A stretch of DNA of 64,000 bases from Crocinitomicaceae bacterium. GTDB lineage: Bacteria > Bacteroidota > Bacteroidia > Flavobacteriales_D > Crocinitomicaceae. The notes below the pieces were generated by a model. The model saw only the letters and a program-made list of their open reading frames with translations, was not told the DNA's origin and made no database searches. This document shows, one piece after another, positions 45,556 through 55,568 of the stretch. The first letter of the stretch is position 1. Each line of letters begins with the position of its first letter. Made by a program: the position numbers and the translations under genes. The stretch lies in assembly GCA_044348645.1 (NCBI GenBank), contig JBIKSL010000011.1, positions 1,297 to 65,296 of the forward strand. Direction: 5' to 3'.

Positions 45556-46887
45556 TTGAACTCCAACAATACATTCGCTTTCCGTGAATGGGTTCTGTTT
45601 TTATATGCCTGGAATTATCTTTTGGCTCCAATTTTAACTTATCAACTTAATGACAATGATGTTACCTATCCCATGAAAATTGATTCATATCAATATTTTA
45701 GTTTGATGATTCCTGGGTTTCTCTTATTTTACATGGGAATGTATGCTATTAAATCAAGTATTTTTAAACCATCCTTTTCTGAAATACGTGAATATTCTGT
45801 TCCCAACGAATCCATGCTCAAGAGTGCCGTTTTTATTGGTATTCTTTTGAAAATTTTTTCTGGGGCTGTACCATCGAGTTTGTCATTTGTATGTTATTTA
45901 TTTTCTCTTATTCGTTTTGTAGGTGCATTTTCACTTTTTAATATCTCGCCGAAAAAATATTATTTCTATGTTATTCTGGTTTTAGGTTTTGAATTTTACC
46001 TAGCGATATTGATTGCGATGTTTCACGATGCAATCATGTGGCTTATTTTTTTCCTTTTGTTCTATACTTATGTAAAAAAACCGTCAATTCCAACCAAAAT
46101 AATCGGCTTATCTGTATTTATATTTCTTATCTTAACGGTTCAGTTTTTAAAAGGAGAATATCGTCAATCAACATGGTCAGGTGAACGAAAGGCGGGATTG
46201 AAAACAGCAATGGAGCTGACTCAAGGAAATACAAAAGACAATATTATTACGGATGAGAATAATGTGAAAGGAGCTCTGAATCGAAGCAATCAAGCTTGGA
46301 TTTTGGCAAGTACAATTCATAACATGGAGACCTACAAAAATTTTCAGGGCATGAATAATGTTATTGCTTATCTAGAGGCGGCTTTATTACCTCGTTTTAT
46401 GGCTCCAAACAAAATATCTTCTGGTAATCAAGAAATTTTTAATCGATTTTCAGGGCATGAAATTAAGGAGTCAACCTCAATGGGACTGGGTATTTTTGCA
46501 GATGGTTATATATCTTATGGTTCTTGGGGGCTTTGGATTTTTGGATTGGCATTAGGCCTTATATTTTCTATTACTTTTAAGATTGTTGAACGTTGGTCGA
46601 ACATATCACCCTTTTATGTCATGTTCTTATTGCCAATGTTAAATTATGCTGCTCGACCAGACTGCGAAACGCAAACAATCATCAATCAAATTTCAAAGAG
46701 CATATTAATGTTTGGTGGGTTGGTTTGGTTAACAAAAAATCGGTTTTCCTTAAAAAGTTCTACTTCAGCAAGTCTAATATTAAGAGAGTCAAGAGCCATT
46801 AAAAAGCTTGTAGGAATATCAAAAGATGAAACTAAAGCATTAGAAAACTCGATAAGGATTCGTCAAATTTTTGGGAAGATTAAGTGA
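45556..46887 (+). CDS. wzy: O-antigen/EPS polymerase-like polytopic membrane protein (Wzy-like)
   Basis: The 443-aa product has more than 9 hydrophobic helices and one large loop (residues about 190-290). It has no enzyme motifs, and it sits in a Wzx/Wza/Wzc locus. The start is uncertain because TTG is the only candidate. Confidence 0.5.
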   Translation: MNSNNTFAFREWVLFLYAWNYLLAPILTYQLNDNDVTYPMKIDSYQYFSLMIPGFLLFYMGMYAIKSSIFKPSFSEIREYSVPNESMLKSAVFIGILLKIFSGAVPSSLSFVCYLFSLIRFVGAFSLFNISPKKYYFYVILVLGFEFYLAILIAMFHDAIMWLIFFLLFYTYVKKPSIPTKIIGLSVFIFLILTVQFLKGEYRQSTWSGERKAGLKTAMELTQGNTKDNIITDENNVKGALNRSNQAWILASTIHNMETYKNFQGMNNVIAYLEAALLPRFMAPNKISSGNQEIFNRFSGHEIKESTSMGLGIFADGYISYGSWGLWIFGLALGLIFSITFKIVERWSNISPFYVMFLLPMLNYAARPDCETQTIINQISKSILMFGGLVWLTKNRFSLKSSTSASLILRESRAIKKLVGISKDETKALENSIRIRQIFGKIK

Positions 46888-46978
46888 AATTCGATATAAT
46901 TTATACTAAAACGCTCGTTATAAAAAAGATTGTAAATTAATATTTTCTGATATCAAAAAAGCTTTAGTTATAGGTGCA

Positions 46979-47947
46979 ATGGGACAAGATGGTTCATATC
47001 TTTGCGATCTTCTATTGTCTAAAGGATATGAAGTTTTTGGGGTTACTCGTGACGTAAAGTCACATGAATTCAATCGTTTGGAATTTTTACAAATTGAAAA
47101 TGAAATACAATTGTTGGAGTTGTCCAATTGTGACAATTTTGAAATTGAAATCATTTTAAGTAAATATAGATTTGATGAAATCTACAATTTAAGCGCACAA
47201 AGTTCTGTAGGACAATCTTTTATTGAGCCAGCAAATACGCTTCAATTCAATGTATTAAGTGTTTTGTTTTGGCTGGAGGCAATAAAAAAAATAGATCCAA
47301 ACATTAAATTTTATCAAGCGTCAAGTAGTGAGATGTTTGGAAACGTAACTGAAGATAAATTACCAATTAAGGAGTCTTTGTTTTTTAAGCCGGCTAGTCC
47401 GTATGGTGTTTCAAAAGCAGCAGCACATTGGCTAACTGTAAATTACAGAGAAGCTTATTCAATTTTTGCTTGCTGTGGTATATTATTTAATCATGAGTCT
47501 TGTTTGAGGGGTTCAAATTATGTGATTAAAAAAGTAATAAATGCAGCGATAAAAATAAAATTGGGTCTGTCAAACAAAACAATTAAGGTCGGGAATTTAG
47601 ATGTTTATCGAGATTGGGGTTATGCCCCTGAATATGTAAATGCAATGTGGCTCATGCTCCAAAGACAAGAACCAGATGATTTTTTAATTTGTTCTGGTAA
47701 TGTTATTTCTCTCCGGGAAATCGTTGAAAAGGTTCTAAAGATTTTGGATTTAGATTTCGATCGTACCATCAAGATTGATCCCTTTCTTTACCGACCCGTT
47801 GATCTAACCAGAATAGTTGGTGACAATTCCAAAGCAAAGAAAATATTAAACTGGAAATACGACTTATCAACGGATTCATTAATAGACAAATTAATTCAAG
47901 ATGAATTTGAATTTATCGAATGGGAACTAAAAAACAAGAGAAAATAA
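46979..47947 (+). CDS. gmd: GDP-mannose 4,6-dehydratase (N-terminus problematic; see findings)
   Basis: The product carries the SDR motifs GQDGSYL, SSSEMFG and SPYGVSKAAAHWLTVNYREAY (YxxxK). It also carries GILFNHES. The conserved N-terminus continues upstream of the first ATG as IKKALVIGA. Confidence 0.85.
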   Translation: MGQDGSYLCDLLLSKGYEVFGVTRDVKSHEFNRLEFLQIENEIQLLELSNCDNFEIEIILSKYRFDEIYNLSAQSSVGQSFIEPANTLQFNVLSVLFWLEAIKKIDPNIKFYQASSSEMFGNVTEDKLPIKESLFFKPASPYGVSKAAAHWLTVNYREAYSIFACCGILFNHESCLRGSNYVIKKVINAAIKIKLGLSNKTIKVGNLDVYRDWGYAPEYVNAMWLMLQRQEPDDFLICSGNVISLREIVEKVLKILDLDFDRTIKIDPFLYRPVDLTRIVGDNSKAKKILNWKYDLSTDSLIDKLIQDEFEFIEWELKNKRK

Positions 47948-48939
47948 AAGTAGTATTTTTCACAAGGAAAACACGACCTCTTGGCAACTTTAGTGTTGAA
48001 ATGTACTTCAGACTAATTAAAGACAATTTATCTGAGAACTTTGATGTAACAATAAAGGAAATGCCCTTTTATAGTAATGGCTTACTAAGACGACTAGGAA
48101 ACGCAATTTATTGTTTTTTTAATCAGGCAGAAATTAATCATATTACTGGAGATATTCATTATGTTGCTTATTTTTTAAGCAGAAAGAAGACAGTACTCAC
48201 AATATTAGATTGTGGAATGTTACATCAATCAAAAGGAATAAAGTTTTTTATTTTCAAATGGCTTTGGTTCAAAATACCAATTTGGAGGGTTAACAAAATT
48301 ACTGCTATTTCTGAGGCTACCAAAATCGATATTATAAAATATAGCAACTGTAAACCATCTAAAATAGAAGTCATTTATGTATGCATAAACCCTAATTTTA
48401 GAGAGAATCGAAAAGAATTTAATTTTGATAAACCAAGAATTCTACAAATTGGTTCGGCACCAAATAAAAATTTAAAAAAGCTCATTCCGGCACTATCTGA
48501 AATTAATTGCAATTTAACAATTGTCGGAAAAATTAATGAAGAAATTATTAATTTGCTTAAAAGACATAATTTAGAATTTCAAGTAATTGATAAAAAATTG
48601 TCGGATCAGGAAGTAATCGAAGAATATAACAAATGCGATATTTTAAGCTTAATTTCAACTCTGGAAGGTTTTGGAATGCCCATTATAGAAGCGAATGCTG
48701 TTGGAAGAGTTGTTATAACGGCAAATAATTCAAGTATGCCTGAAATCGCTGGAAACTCAGCTAAACTTGTCGATGCTCTGGATATTCAAGCTATCCGAAA
48801 TGGTTTTATGGAAATTATAAATAAGAATGATTATCGAAATTCATTAATTGAAAATGGATATGAAAACACTAAGCGATTCGAACCAAAGAAAATTGCCATT
48901 CAATTTGAAAAACTTTATCAACAAGTATTGATAGGTTAG
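47920..48939 (+). CDS. Glycosyltransferase family 4
   Basis: The 339-aa product has the E-x7-E region STLEGFGMPIIEANAVGRVVITANNSSMPEIAG. Confidence 0.82.
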   Translation: MGTKKQEKIKVVFFTRKTRPLGNFSVEMYFRLIKDNLSENFDVTIKEMPFYSNGLLRRLGNAIYCFFNQAEINHITGDIHYVAYFLSRKKTVLTILDCGMLHQSKGIKFFIFKWLWFKIPIWRVNKITAISEATKIDIIKYSNCKPSKIEVIYVCINPNFRENRKEFNFDKPRILQIGSAPNKNLKKLIPALSEINCNLTIVGKINEEIINLLKRHNLEFQVIDKKLSDQEVIEEYNKCDILSLISTLEGFGMPIIEANAVGRVVITANNSSMPEIAGNSAKLVDALDIQAIRNGFMEIINKNDYRNSLIENGYENTKRFEPKKIAIQFEKLYQQVLIG

Positions 48940-48973
48940 TTAGAAAAACTCATGTTGATATAATAGATTAAAA

Positions 48974-50773
48974 ATGTGTGGAATCGCTGGTCAATATAAT
49001 TACTTCAACAAACTAGAAAATCAATCTAAGATACTTCAATCGATGTCCCATCGCGGACCTGACGCTCAGGCATTTTGGGAAGATGAGCAAGTTGTTCTTT
49101 TTCATAGTCGATTAAGTATTATTGATACGTCAATTAGTGCAAATCAACCAATGATTGATTTAACTGGTCGATATGTCTTGATTTTCAATGGGGAAATATA
49201 CAATTACCGTCAATTAAAAGCGAAGCTAAATTATAATTGGCAAACAGCCTCCGATTCAGAAGTCCTGTTGGTTTGGCTGATAAAATACGGGGAAACAAAA
49301 TTAGATGAGTTAGAAGGCATGTTTGCTTTTGCATTTTATGACAAGCAAAAAAAAGAACTGCTCATGTCGAGAGATCGTTTTGGGAAAAAACCATTGTATA
49401 TCAAGCAAACGAAAAAAACATTTTCATTTGCTTCTGAACTGAGAACACTTTTGGTCATGCATCCTGATTCAGCTTACACTACTTCACATAAAATAAGTAA
49501 CTGGTTGTATTGGCAGACGATACCTGAGCAAAGTACGTTATTGCCAGAAATCTCTCAATTAAAACCTGGTAGCTATTTAAAAATAACTCAAGAGAAATTA
49601 ATACAAGGTGATTTCTGTAACTGGCATAACCCTGTGATCAAAAATATTGAAGAAATAGAATGTTTAACTAAACTGCGAATCTTAGTTAAAGAAGCTGTTA
49701 AAAAAAGACTCGTTTCGGATGTCCCTTTTGCATCATTTCTCTCAGGTGGAGTTGATTCCAGCATCATAACGTCTTTAGCCGCGCAGGAATTAGGTAGTGA
49801 ATTGAACACTTTCACTATTTCCTTCGATGAAAATGAATTTTCAGAGCATAGAATAGCAGCAGAGGTCGCCGAGCGCTATCAAACCAAACATCATGAAATT
49901 CGACTTAAACCGAACGATTTTTTAGAAGAAATCGAAAATGGCTTGACAGCGACTGATCATCCTAGCGCTGATGGTCTGAACACCTATGTAGTTTCAAAAC
50001 AAACGCGAAAAGCTGGGTTTAAAATGGCATTATCCGGGATTGGAGGAGATGAATGGTTTTTAGGTTATCCTTACTTTAAAGCATTGGATGCGTGGAAAAA
50101 AAGAAAAGCATTTACTTATCTCTCACCGTTTGCCAAGCTTTTTCCTTTTCAATACAGAAAGGGATTCGAGATTGCTAATCATTTGAATTTAGGAGCGGGA
50201 GCATATTCTTATCAACGAATTCTATTTGATTCGTATACCCTCAAGAATTATTTCGGTTTGCCTGAACCTGATTTGAATTCCATTCAACCTAAATTTCCAG
50301 ATAATATGAGTGCTCGTTCAATCGAAGAATGGAAATATTACTCGCAACCGGTTTTATTGCGTGATTCAGATCAATATAGTATGGCCGTTGGTCTTGAACT
50401 GAGATCACCTTTCATGGATCAAAAATTAGTTGATTTTGCATTGAGTTTACCCGATCAACTGAAAGTTGGAAACAAGTCGAAGCATCTGTTGATTGAGGCT
50501 TTCAAAGATTTACTTCCAAATAGTGTTTACAATAGACCTAAACAGGGTTTTACATTGCCTTGGGAGATATGGATGCGAAATGAATTGAGTAGTTTTTGTA
50601 GCCAACGAATTCAATCATTCGGTGAACGTATTGATCAGCCTAAATTAATCAATGAATGGCAGAAATTTCTTAAGCAAAAAAGTCAATTTTCTTGGTCAAG
50701 GTGGTGGGGAATTGTTGCAATCGAAGATTGGTTGTTTAGAAATAATGTTTCAATAAATTTTTCAAAAATCTAG
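48974..50773 (+). CDS. Asparagine synthase (glutamine-hydrolysing) family amidotransferase
   Basis: The 599-aa product has the Ntn nucleophile MCGIAG and the PP-loop FLSGGVDSSIITSLAA. It is embedded in a polysaccharide locus, so it is probably sugar-modifying rather than the housekeeping asnB. Confidence 0.85.
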   Translation: MCGIAGQYNYFNKLENQSKILQSMSHRGPDAQAFWEDEQVVLFHSRLSIIDTSISANQPMIDLTGRYVLIFNGEIYNYRQLKAKLNYNWQTASDSEVLLVWLIKYGETKLDELEGMFAFAFYDKQKKELLMSRDRFGKKPLYIKQTKKTFSFASELRTLLVMHPDSAYTTSHKISNWLYWQTIPEQSTLLPEISQLKPGSYLKITQEKLIQGDFCNWHNPVIKNIEEIECLTKLRILVKEAVKKRLVSDVPFASFLSGGVDSSIITSLAAQELGSELNTFTISFDENEFSEHRIAAEVAERYQTKHHEIRLKPNDFLEEIENGLTATDHPSADGLNTYVVSKQTRKAGFKMALSGIGGDEWFLGYPYFKALDAWKKRKAFTYLSPFAKLFPFQYRKGFEIANHLNLGAGAYSYQRILFDSYTLKNYFGLPEPDLNSIQPKFPDNMSARSIEEWKYYSQPVLLRDSDQYSMAVGLELRSPFMDQKLVDFALSLPDQLKVGNKSKHLLIEAFKDLLPNSVYNRPKQGFTLPWEIWMRNELSSFCSQRIQSFGERIDQPKLINEWQKFLKQKSQFSWSRWWGIVAIEDWLFRNNVSINFSKI

Positions 50774-50800
50774 TTTAATTATTGCGGTTATTTTTAATTG

Positions 50801-51934
50801 ATGAATTCCAAGAAAGTTTGCATAACAATTGATTGGTATCTCCCAGGAACTAACTCAGGAGGCCCTGTTCGTTCCATTACAAATCTAGTTGAATCACTTT
50901 CGGAAGTTGACTTTTACATCATAACTCGAAATACAGATTATTGTTCGTCCGAACCTTACCAAGAAATTAAATCGGATTCATGGAATCAAAGATCTTCTAA
51001 CGAATCCGTATATTACTTTTCTCATGATAGCCTTTCTAAATCGAATCTTAAAAAAGTGATTTTCGAATTATGTCCAGATTGCTTATACATTAATGGAATT
51101 TATTCAAAGTTATTTTCAATTTGGCCACTTCGAATAGGACGAGACTTAGGAGTTAAAACAATTGTTGCATCAAGAGGAATGTTAAGTGAGCACGCTTTGA
51201 AGGTAAAACCATTCAAAAAACAGTTGTTTTTGGCTTTTATGCGTTGGTCAAAAGCTTATGCCGACGTTCACTTTCATGCTACCTCATTAGTCGAAGAAAG
51301 TGATGTATATATAAGAACAGGAAAGAATCTAGGCGTTACCTTTATTCCCAACTTATCTCGACAGTCAAAGCAAAATAATCAGCCCATTTGTAAAAATCAA
51401 GGACAACTAAAATTGATTTCTATCGGACGAATTGCCCCTGAAAAAGGTATTATTGATGGAATTCGATCCTTACAATTTGTTAAAGGAATTATTCAATTCG
51501 ACATATATGGTTCTATCTACGATCAGGATTATTGGATGAAATGCAAAGCAGTAATTAATGAATTGCCTGAGGAAATAGAAGTTATTTATCATGGAGCCTG
51601 TCCATCCGATCAGGTAGCAGAAAAACTTTCTCAAGCTCACGTCTTACTTTTGCCTAGCAAGGGGGAGAATTATGGTCATTCAATAGTCGAGAGTTTGAGT
51701 CAGGGACGACCGGTTATCATTTCAGAAAACACGCCTTGGAAAACGCTTGAATCATATAAAGCTGGCTTTGATGTGGGTGAAGAGAAATTATCTAAAGCAA
51801 TTCAGTTTTTTGTTGATACCGATCAAAAAATTTATGATGAATGGTCACTTGGAGCTTTCAATTATTTTAATTCTAATATCCAAAATCAAACTTCGGATTA
51901 CAAGAAAAAATACATCGAACTTTTAACAAATTAA
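50801..51934 (+). CDS. Glycosyltransferase family 4
   Basis: The product is about 377 aa. It carries GRIAPEKG and PSKGENYGHSIVESLSQGRPVIIS (E-x7-E). Confidence 0.82.
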   Translation: MNSKKVCITIDWYLPGTNSGGPVRSITNLVESLSEVDFYIITRNTDYCSSEPYQEIKSDSWNQRSSNESVYYFSHDSLSKSNLKKVIFELCPDCLYINGIYSKLFSIWPLRIGRDLGVKTIVASRGMLSEHALKVKPFKKQLFLAFMRWSKAYADVHFHATSLVEESDVYIRTGKNLGVTFIPNLSRQSKQNNQPICKNQGQLKLISIGRIAPEKGIIDGIRSLQFVKGIIQFDIYGSIYDQDYWMKCKAVINELPEEIEVIYHGACPSDQVAEKLSQAHVLLLPSKGENYGHSIVESLSQGRPVIISENTPWKTLESYKAGFDVGEEKLSKAIQFFVDTDQKIYDEWSLGAFNYFNSNIQNQTSDYKKKYIELLTN

Positions 51935-51943
51935 CATAAGTAT

Positions 51944-53674
51944 ATGATTGTTTTAGGAATAAATGCTTACCATGCTGACGCTTCGGCTGCAATTTTAGTA
52001 GATGGTAAACTCGTGGCTGCAACTGAGGAAGAGCGTTTTACTCGGATTAAACACTGGGCTGGATTTCCTCATCAGGCAATTTCTTTCTGCTTGCAGGAGG
52101 CGAATGTAACACTTGATCAAGTAGATTATATTTCTATCGGTAGAGATCCAAAGGCAAAGTTCAAGAGGAAGCTTCTTTTCATGCTTGAATCTCCGACTAA
52201 TGTGTTTAAATATTCGATTAATCGTTTATTTAACTCAAAAAAAGTCACATCAATCGCTTCAGAATTGCTAAAGATTGAACCAAAAATTCCATTAAAGGTT
52301 TTAGAGAATAAAATCAATCACATTGAACATCATCGTAGTCATCTCGCCTCTGCTTATTATCCTTCCCCTTTTGATGAGGCGGCAATCCTTTCAATTGATG
52401 GTGCAGGGGATTTTACAACAACGATGTTGGCTGTTGGTAAAGGGACACAAATTGATGTTCTCGAAGATATTGATTTTCCTCATTCTGTAGGTGTTTTTTA
52501 TTCCGCTATGACTCAGTTATTAGGATTTCCTTATTATGGAGATGAGTATAAGGTAATGGGTCTTGCTCCTTATGGAGAGCCCAAATATGTTGATATGTTA
52601 AGAGAAGTGGTTCGACTTATTCCTAATGGTCTTTTTCGGTTAAATTTTAAATTTTTTCGTTCTCCCCACAAAGGATATATTTATTATTCGGAAAATGATC
52701 AACCTTTGGTTAAAACACTTTTCAATTCTCACATGGAAAGAGTTTTTGGGAAGGCAAGGATGAAAAATGAGGAATTGACTCAATATCACAAAGATTTGGC
52801 GGCCTCGGTGCAGCGATATACAGAGGAAATTATTTTCCATGTTTTAAATTATCTTCAACAGAAAACAGGTCTTAAAAAAGTTTGTATTGCCGGTGGAGTA
52901 GCTCAAAATTCTGTGGCAAACGGAAAAATAACAAGTCAAACTGCATTTGATGAAGTTTATATTCCTAGTGCTGGACATGATGCAGGAATTAGTATGGGAT
53001 CAGCCTATTGGGTTCATCACATGAAAGCTCTGCAGCCGAGATCAGCTGAGGTTTTTAATGCAAATACCGGTTCTCATTTCTCGAATGAATTTATTAAAAA
53101 AGAATGTGAGAAATTAAATCTGAATTATACTGAAATTCCCGATCAAGAGCTTTTTGAAAAAATAGTTGATCGTTTGATTGATGGAGGTGTGGTTGGTTGG
53201 TTCAATGGTCGCGCAGAATTTGGGCCACGTGCTTTAGGTGGAAGATCAATTATTGCCGATCCTAGAAGATCAGATGCAAAAGAAATTTTGAATTCAAAGA
53301 TCAAAAGAAGGGAAAGTTTCAGGCCTTTTGCTCCGAGTATATTAAAAGAGGAAGTTCCAAGATGGTTTGAAAAAAATGAGCCTGTTCCGTTCATGGAAAA
53401 AGTTTTTCAAATTAATTCTTCTAAAAGAGAATTGATACCAGCTGTTACTCATGCTGATGGCTCTGGACGACTTCAAACTGTTGATTCCTGCATTTCTCCG
53501 AGATATCACGCTTTGATATCAACTTTTTTCAAAAGAACAGGAGTACCGATTCTATTGAATACGTCATTTAATGAAAATGAACCCATAGTAAATTCCCCTG
53601 CAGAAGCAATTGATTGTTTTCTGAGAACAAATATGGACATGTTAGTTATGGAAAATATAGTTTTGAAAAGATGA
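51944..53674 (+). CDS. Carbamoyltransferase (NodU/CmcH family)
   Basis: The 576-aa product starts MIVLGINAYHADASAAILVDGKLVAATEEERFTRIKHWAGFP. The C-terminal block is GRAEFGPRALGGRSIIADPR...FRPFAPS...NTSFNENEPIV. Confidence 0.92.
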   Translation: MIVLGINAYHADASAAILVDGKLVAATEEERFTRIKHWAGFPHQAISFCLQEANVTLDQVDYISIGRDPKAKFKRKLLFMLESPTNVFKYSINRLFNSKKVTSIASELLKIEPKIPLKVLENKINHIEHHRSHLASAYYPSPFDEAAILSIDGAGDFTTTMLAVGKGTQIDVLEDIDFPHSVGVFYSAMTQLLGFPYYGDEYKVMGLAPYGEPKYVDMLREVVRLIPNGLFRLNFKFFRSPHKGYIYYSENDQPLVKTLFNSHMERVFGKARMKNEELTQYHKDLAASVQRYTEEIIFHVLNYLQQKTGLKKVCIAGGVAQNSVANGKITSQTAFDEVYIPSAGHDAGISMGSAYWVHHMKALQPRSAEVFNANTGSHFSNEFIKKECEKLNLNYTEIPDQELFEKIVDRLIDGGVVGWFNGRAEFGPRALGGRSIIADPRRSDAKEILNSKIKRRESFRPFAPSILKEEVPRWFEKNEPVPFMEKVFQINSSKRELIPAVTHADGSGRLQTVDSCISPRYHALISTFFKRTGVPILLNTSFNENEPIVNSPAEAIDCFLRTNMDMLVMENIVLKR

Positions 53675-54411
53675 AGATATCCATTATCACAGCCACATTT
53701 AATAGCATATCTAGTATTCAAGATACATTTAACTCTATCGACAGTCAAGATTATGAAAATATTGAATGGATTGTAATTGACGGCGCCTCTATCGATGGAA
53801 CAGTTGACTTTTTGAAAAGTATTGAGCATAAAATTTCCAAGTGGGTTTCTGAAAAGGATAACGGAATTTATGATGCACTCAATAAAGGTCTAAAATTAGC
53901 AACAGGAGAGGTAATTGGATTTTTACATTCAGATGATGTGTTTGCCAATGAAAAGATTATTTCGAATATTGCAAAATTGTTTCAAGAAGAACAAATTGGT
54001 GGTGTTTATGGAGATTTGGAATACATCAGTCAAAATGAAAATAAAAATGTTATTCGCAAATGGAAGAGCAACAGATATGATTCGAATGAAATCAATAAAG
54101 GTTGGATGCCGCCACATCCTACGCTTTTCTTAAAACGAGATATTTACGAGAAATTTGGAAATTTCGATGAAAAAATGAAAATTTCAGCGGATTATGATTT
54201 TATTTTGAGAATTATGAAAAGTCCGGAGATTTACTATCATTACTTTCCATCTGTCATCACGAAAATGAAAATGGGTGGAGCAAGTTCTTCTCTCAGAAAC
54301 ATAAAGCAAAAAATGAAAGAAGACCTATTAGCATTGAAAAAAAATAATATCGGCAATCCTTACAGAGTAATCATTCAAAAGAATATTGCTAAGGTTGTTC
54401 AGTTTTTTTGA
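53671..54411 (+). CDS. Glycosyltransferase family 2
   Basis: The product is about 246 aa from the ATG at 53671, which forms an ATGA overlap with the carbamoyltransferase stop. It carries ISIITATFNS...IEWIVIDGASIDGT...GFLHSDD (the DxD region). Confidence 0.85.
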   Translation: MKISIITATFNSISSIQDTFNSIDSQDYENIEWIVIDGASIDGTVDFLKSIEHKISKWVSEKDNGIYDALNKGLKLATGEVIGFLHSDDVFANEKIISNIAKLFQEEQIGGVYGDLEYISQNENKNVIRKWKSNRYDSNEINKGWMPPHPTLFLKRDIYEKFGNFDEKMKISADYDFILRIMKSPEIYYHYFPSVITKMKMGGASSSLRNIKQKMKEDLLALKKNNIGNPYRVIIQKNIAKVVQFF

Positions 54412-54479
54412 TGAAAATGTTAATTTCCGATTTGATTCAATGAAAATCTCTAAATTTGTAAACAATTTAAACTTGCCAT

Positions 54480-55562
54480 TTGCAATTTACAACAACTATT
54501 TTTTTTCTTTTTTCTTCTTTATTGTTCCTCGGATCATTCATAGTTGCTTATATCATGTTTCCTAAAGTTAGAGCACTAGCAAGTGTTAGTAATTTTATAA
54601 GTGAGCCATCTGCTAGATCGTCTCATCGAGAAAATGTCCCCAATATTGGAGGTTTGGCATTCTTCGTCGTTATCATGGTATTTTATTCATTCATTTATAA
54701 GTTTGATAAGGTTGGGATTTTCCCCAACTTAATTCCTGGATTGACCATATTATTTATCATTGGACTTAAAGACGACCTAGTAATGGTTAATCCTTCAACC
54801 AAAATAATTGCTCAATTAATTTCCTCAATATTTTTTGTATTTCATAATTCTTTTTCCATTTTGGATTTAAGAGGTTTTTTGTGGATTCATGATTTAAATC
54901 CGATTTTGGGAATTATTTTTACAATTTTTTTAACCATTATCTTGATAAACGCATTCAATTTATTGGATGGGATTGACGGTTTTGCAGCTATTGTAGGTAT
55001 TATCATATTTGCATTTTTCTTTGTCTTTTATTTTACTCTAAATCTTTATTTTTTAGCATTTTTAAATGCAATTACGTTAGGGTCTTTGTTTGCATTTCTT
55101 CGCTTTAATTTATCTTATTCAAAGAAGATATTTATGGGCGATACAGGTTCAATGATTATTGGTTTTTTAGCCTCAGTAATGACAATTTATGCTATTTCGC
55201 TAGAAAATGATACAATTTTTATCTTTAATTTCCCACCACAGAATCTTCCTTTTCTTCTCTTTGCTGTTCTTATTTTACCTATCTTCGATACCTTTAGAGT
55301 TATCGTAATTCGATTGATTCAAAAAAAACACCCTTTTCATGCAGACAGGCAGCATATACATCATCTTGTTTTAGATTATTTGGGTTGTTCACATTTGAAA
55401 GTTGGACTTATTCTTGGAGGAATTAATTTATTTATAATTACTTTTTTTTACTTATTGCTTAATCTAGTTGATCAAACAATATATTTCGGGTTGATTTTTT
55501 TACTAATTTTTTCCGGTTTTTTGATTTTAAATAAACTATCCATCAAAAGCAAAAATAATTAG
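54480..55562 (+). CDS. Polyprenyl-phosphate sugar-1-phosphate transferase (MraY/WecA family), copy 2
   Basis: The 360-aa polytopic protein carries LKDDLVMVNP, NLLDGIDGF and MGDTGSMIIG motifs. The TTG start is uncertain; the next ATG is at 54555. Confidence 0.82.
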   Translation: MQFTTTIFFLFSSLLFLGSFIVAYIMFPKVRALASVSNFISEPSARSSHRENVPNIGGLAFFVVIMVFYSFIYKFDKVGIFPNLIPGLTILFIIGLKDDLVMVNPSTKIIAQLISSIFFVFHNSFSILDLRGFLWIHDLNPILGIIFTIFLTIILINAFNLLDGIDGFAAIVGIIIFAFFFVFYFTLNLYFLAFLNAITLGSLFAFLRFNLSYSKKIFMGDTGSMIIGFLASVMTIYAISLENDTIFIFNFPPQNLPFLLFAVLILPIFDTFRVIVIRLIQKKHPFHADRQHIHHLVLDYLGCSHLKVGLILGGINLFIITFFYLLLNLVDQTIYFGLIFLLIFSGFLILNKLSIKSKNN

Positions 55563-55568
55563 TTATAA

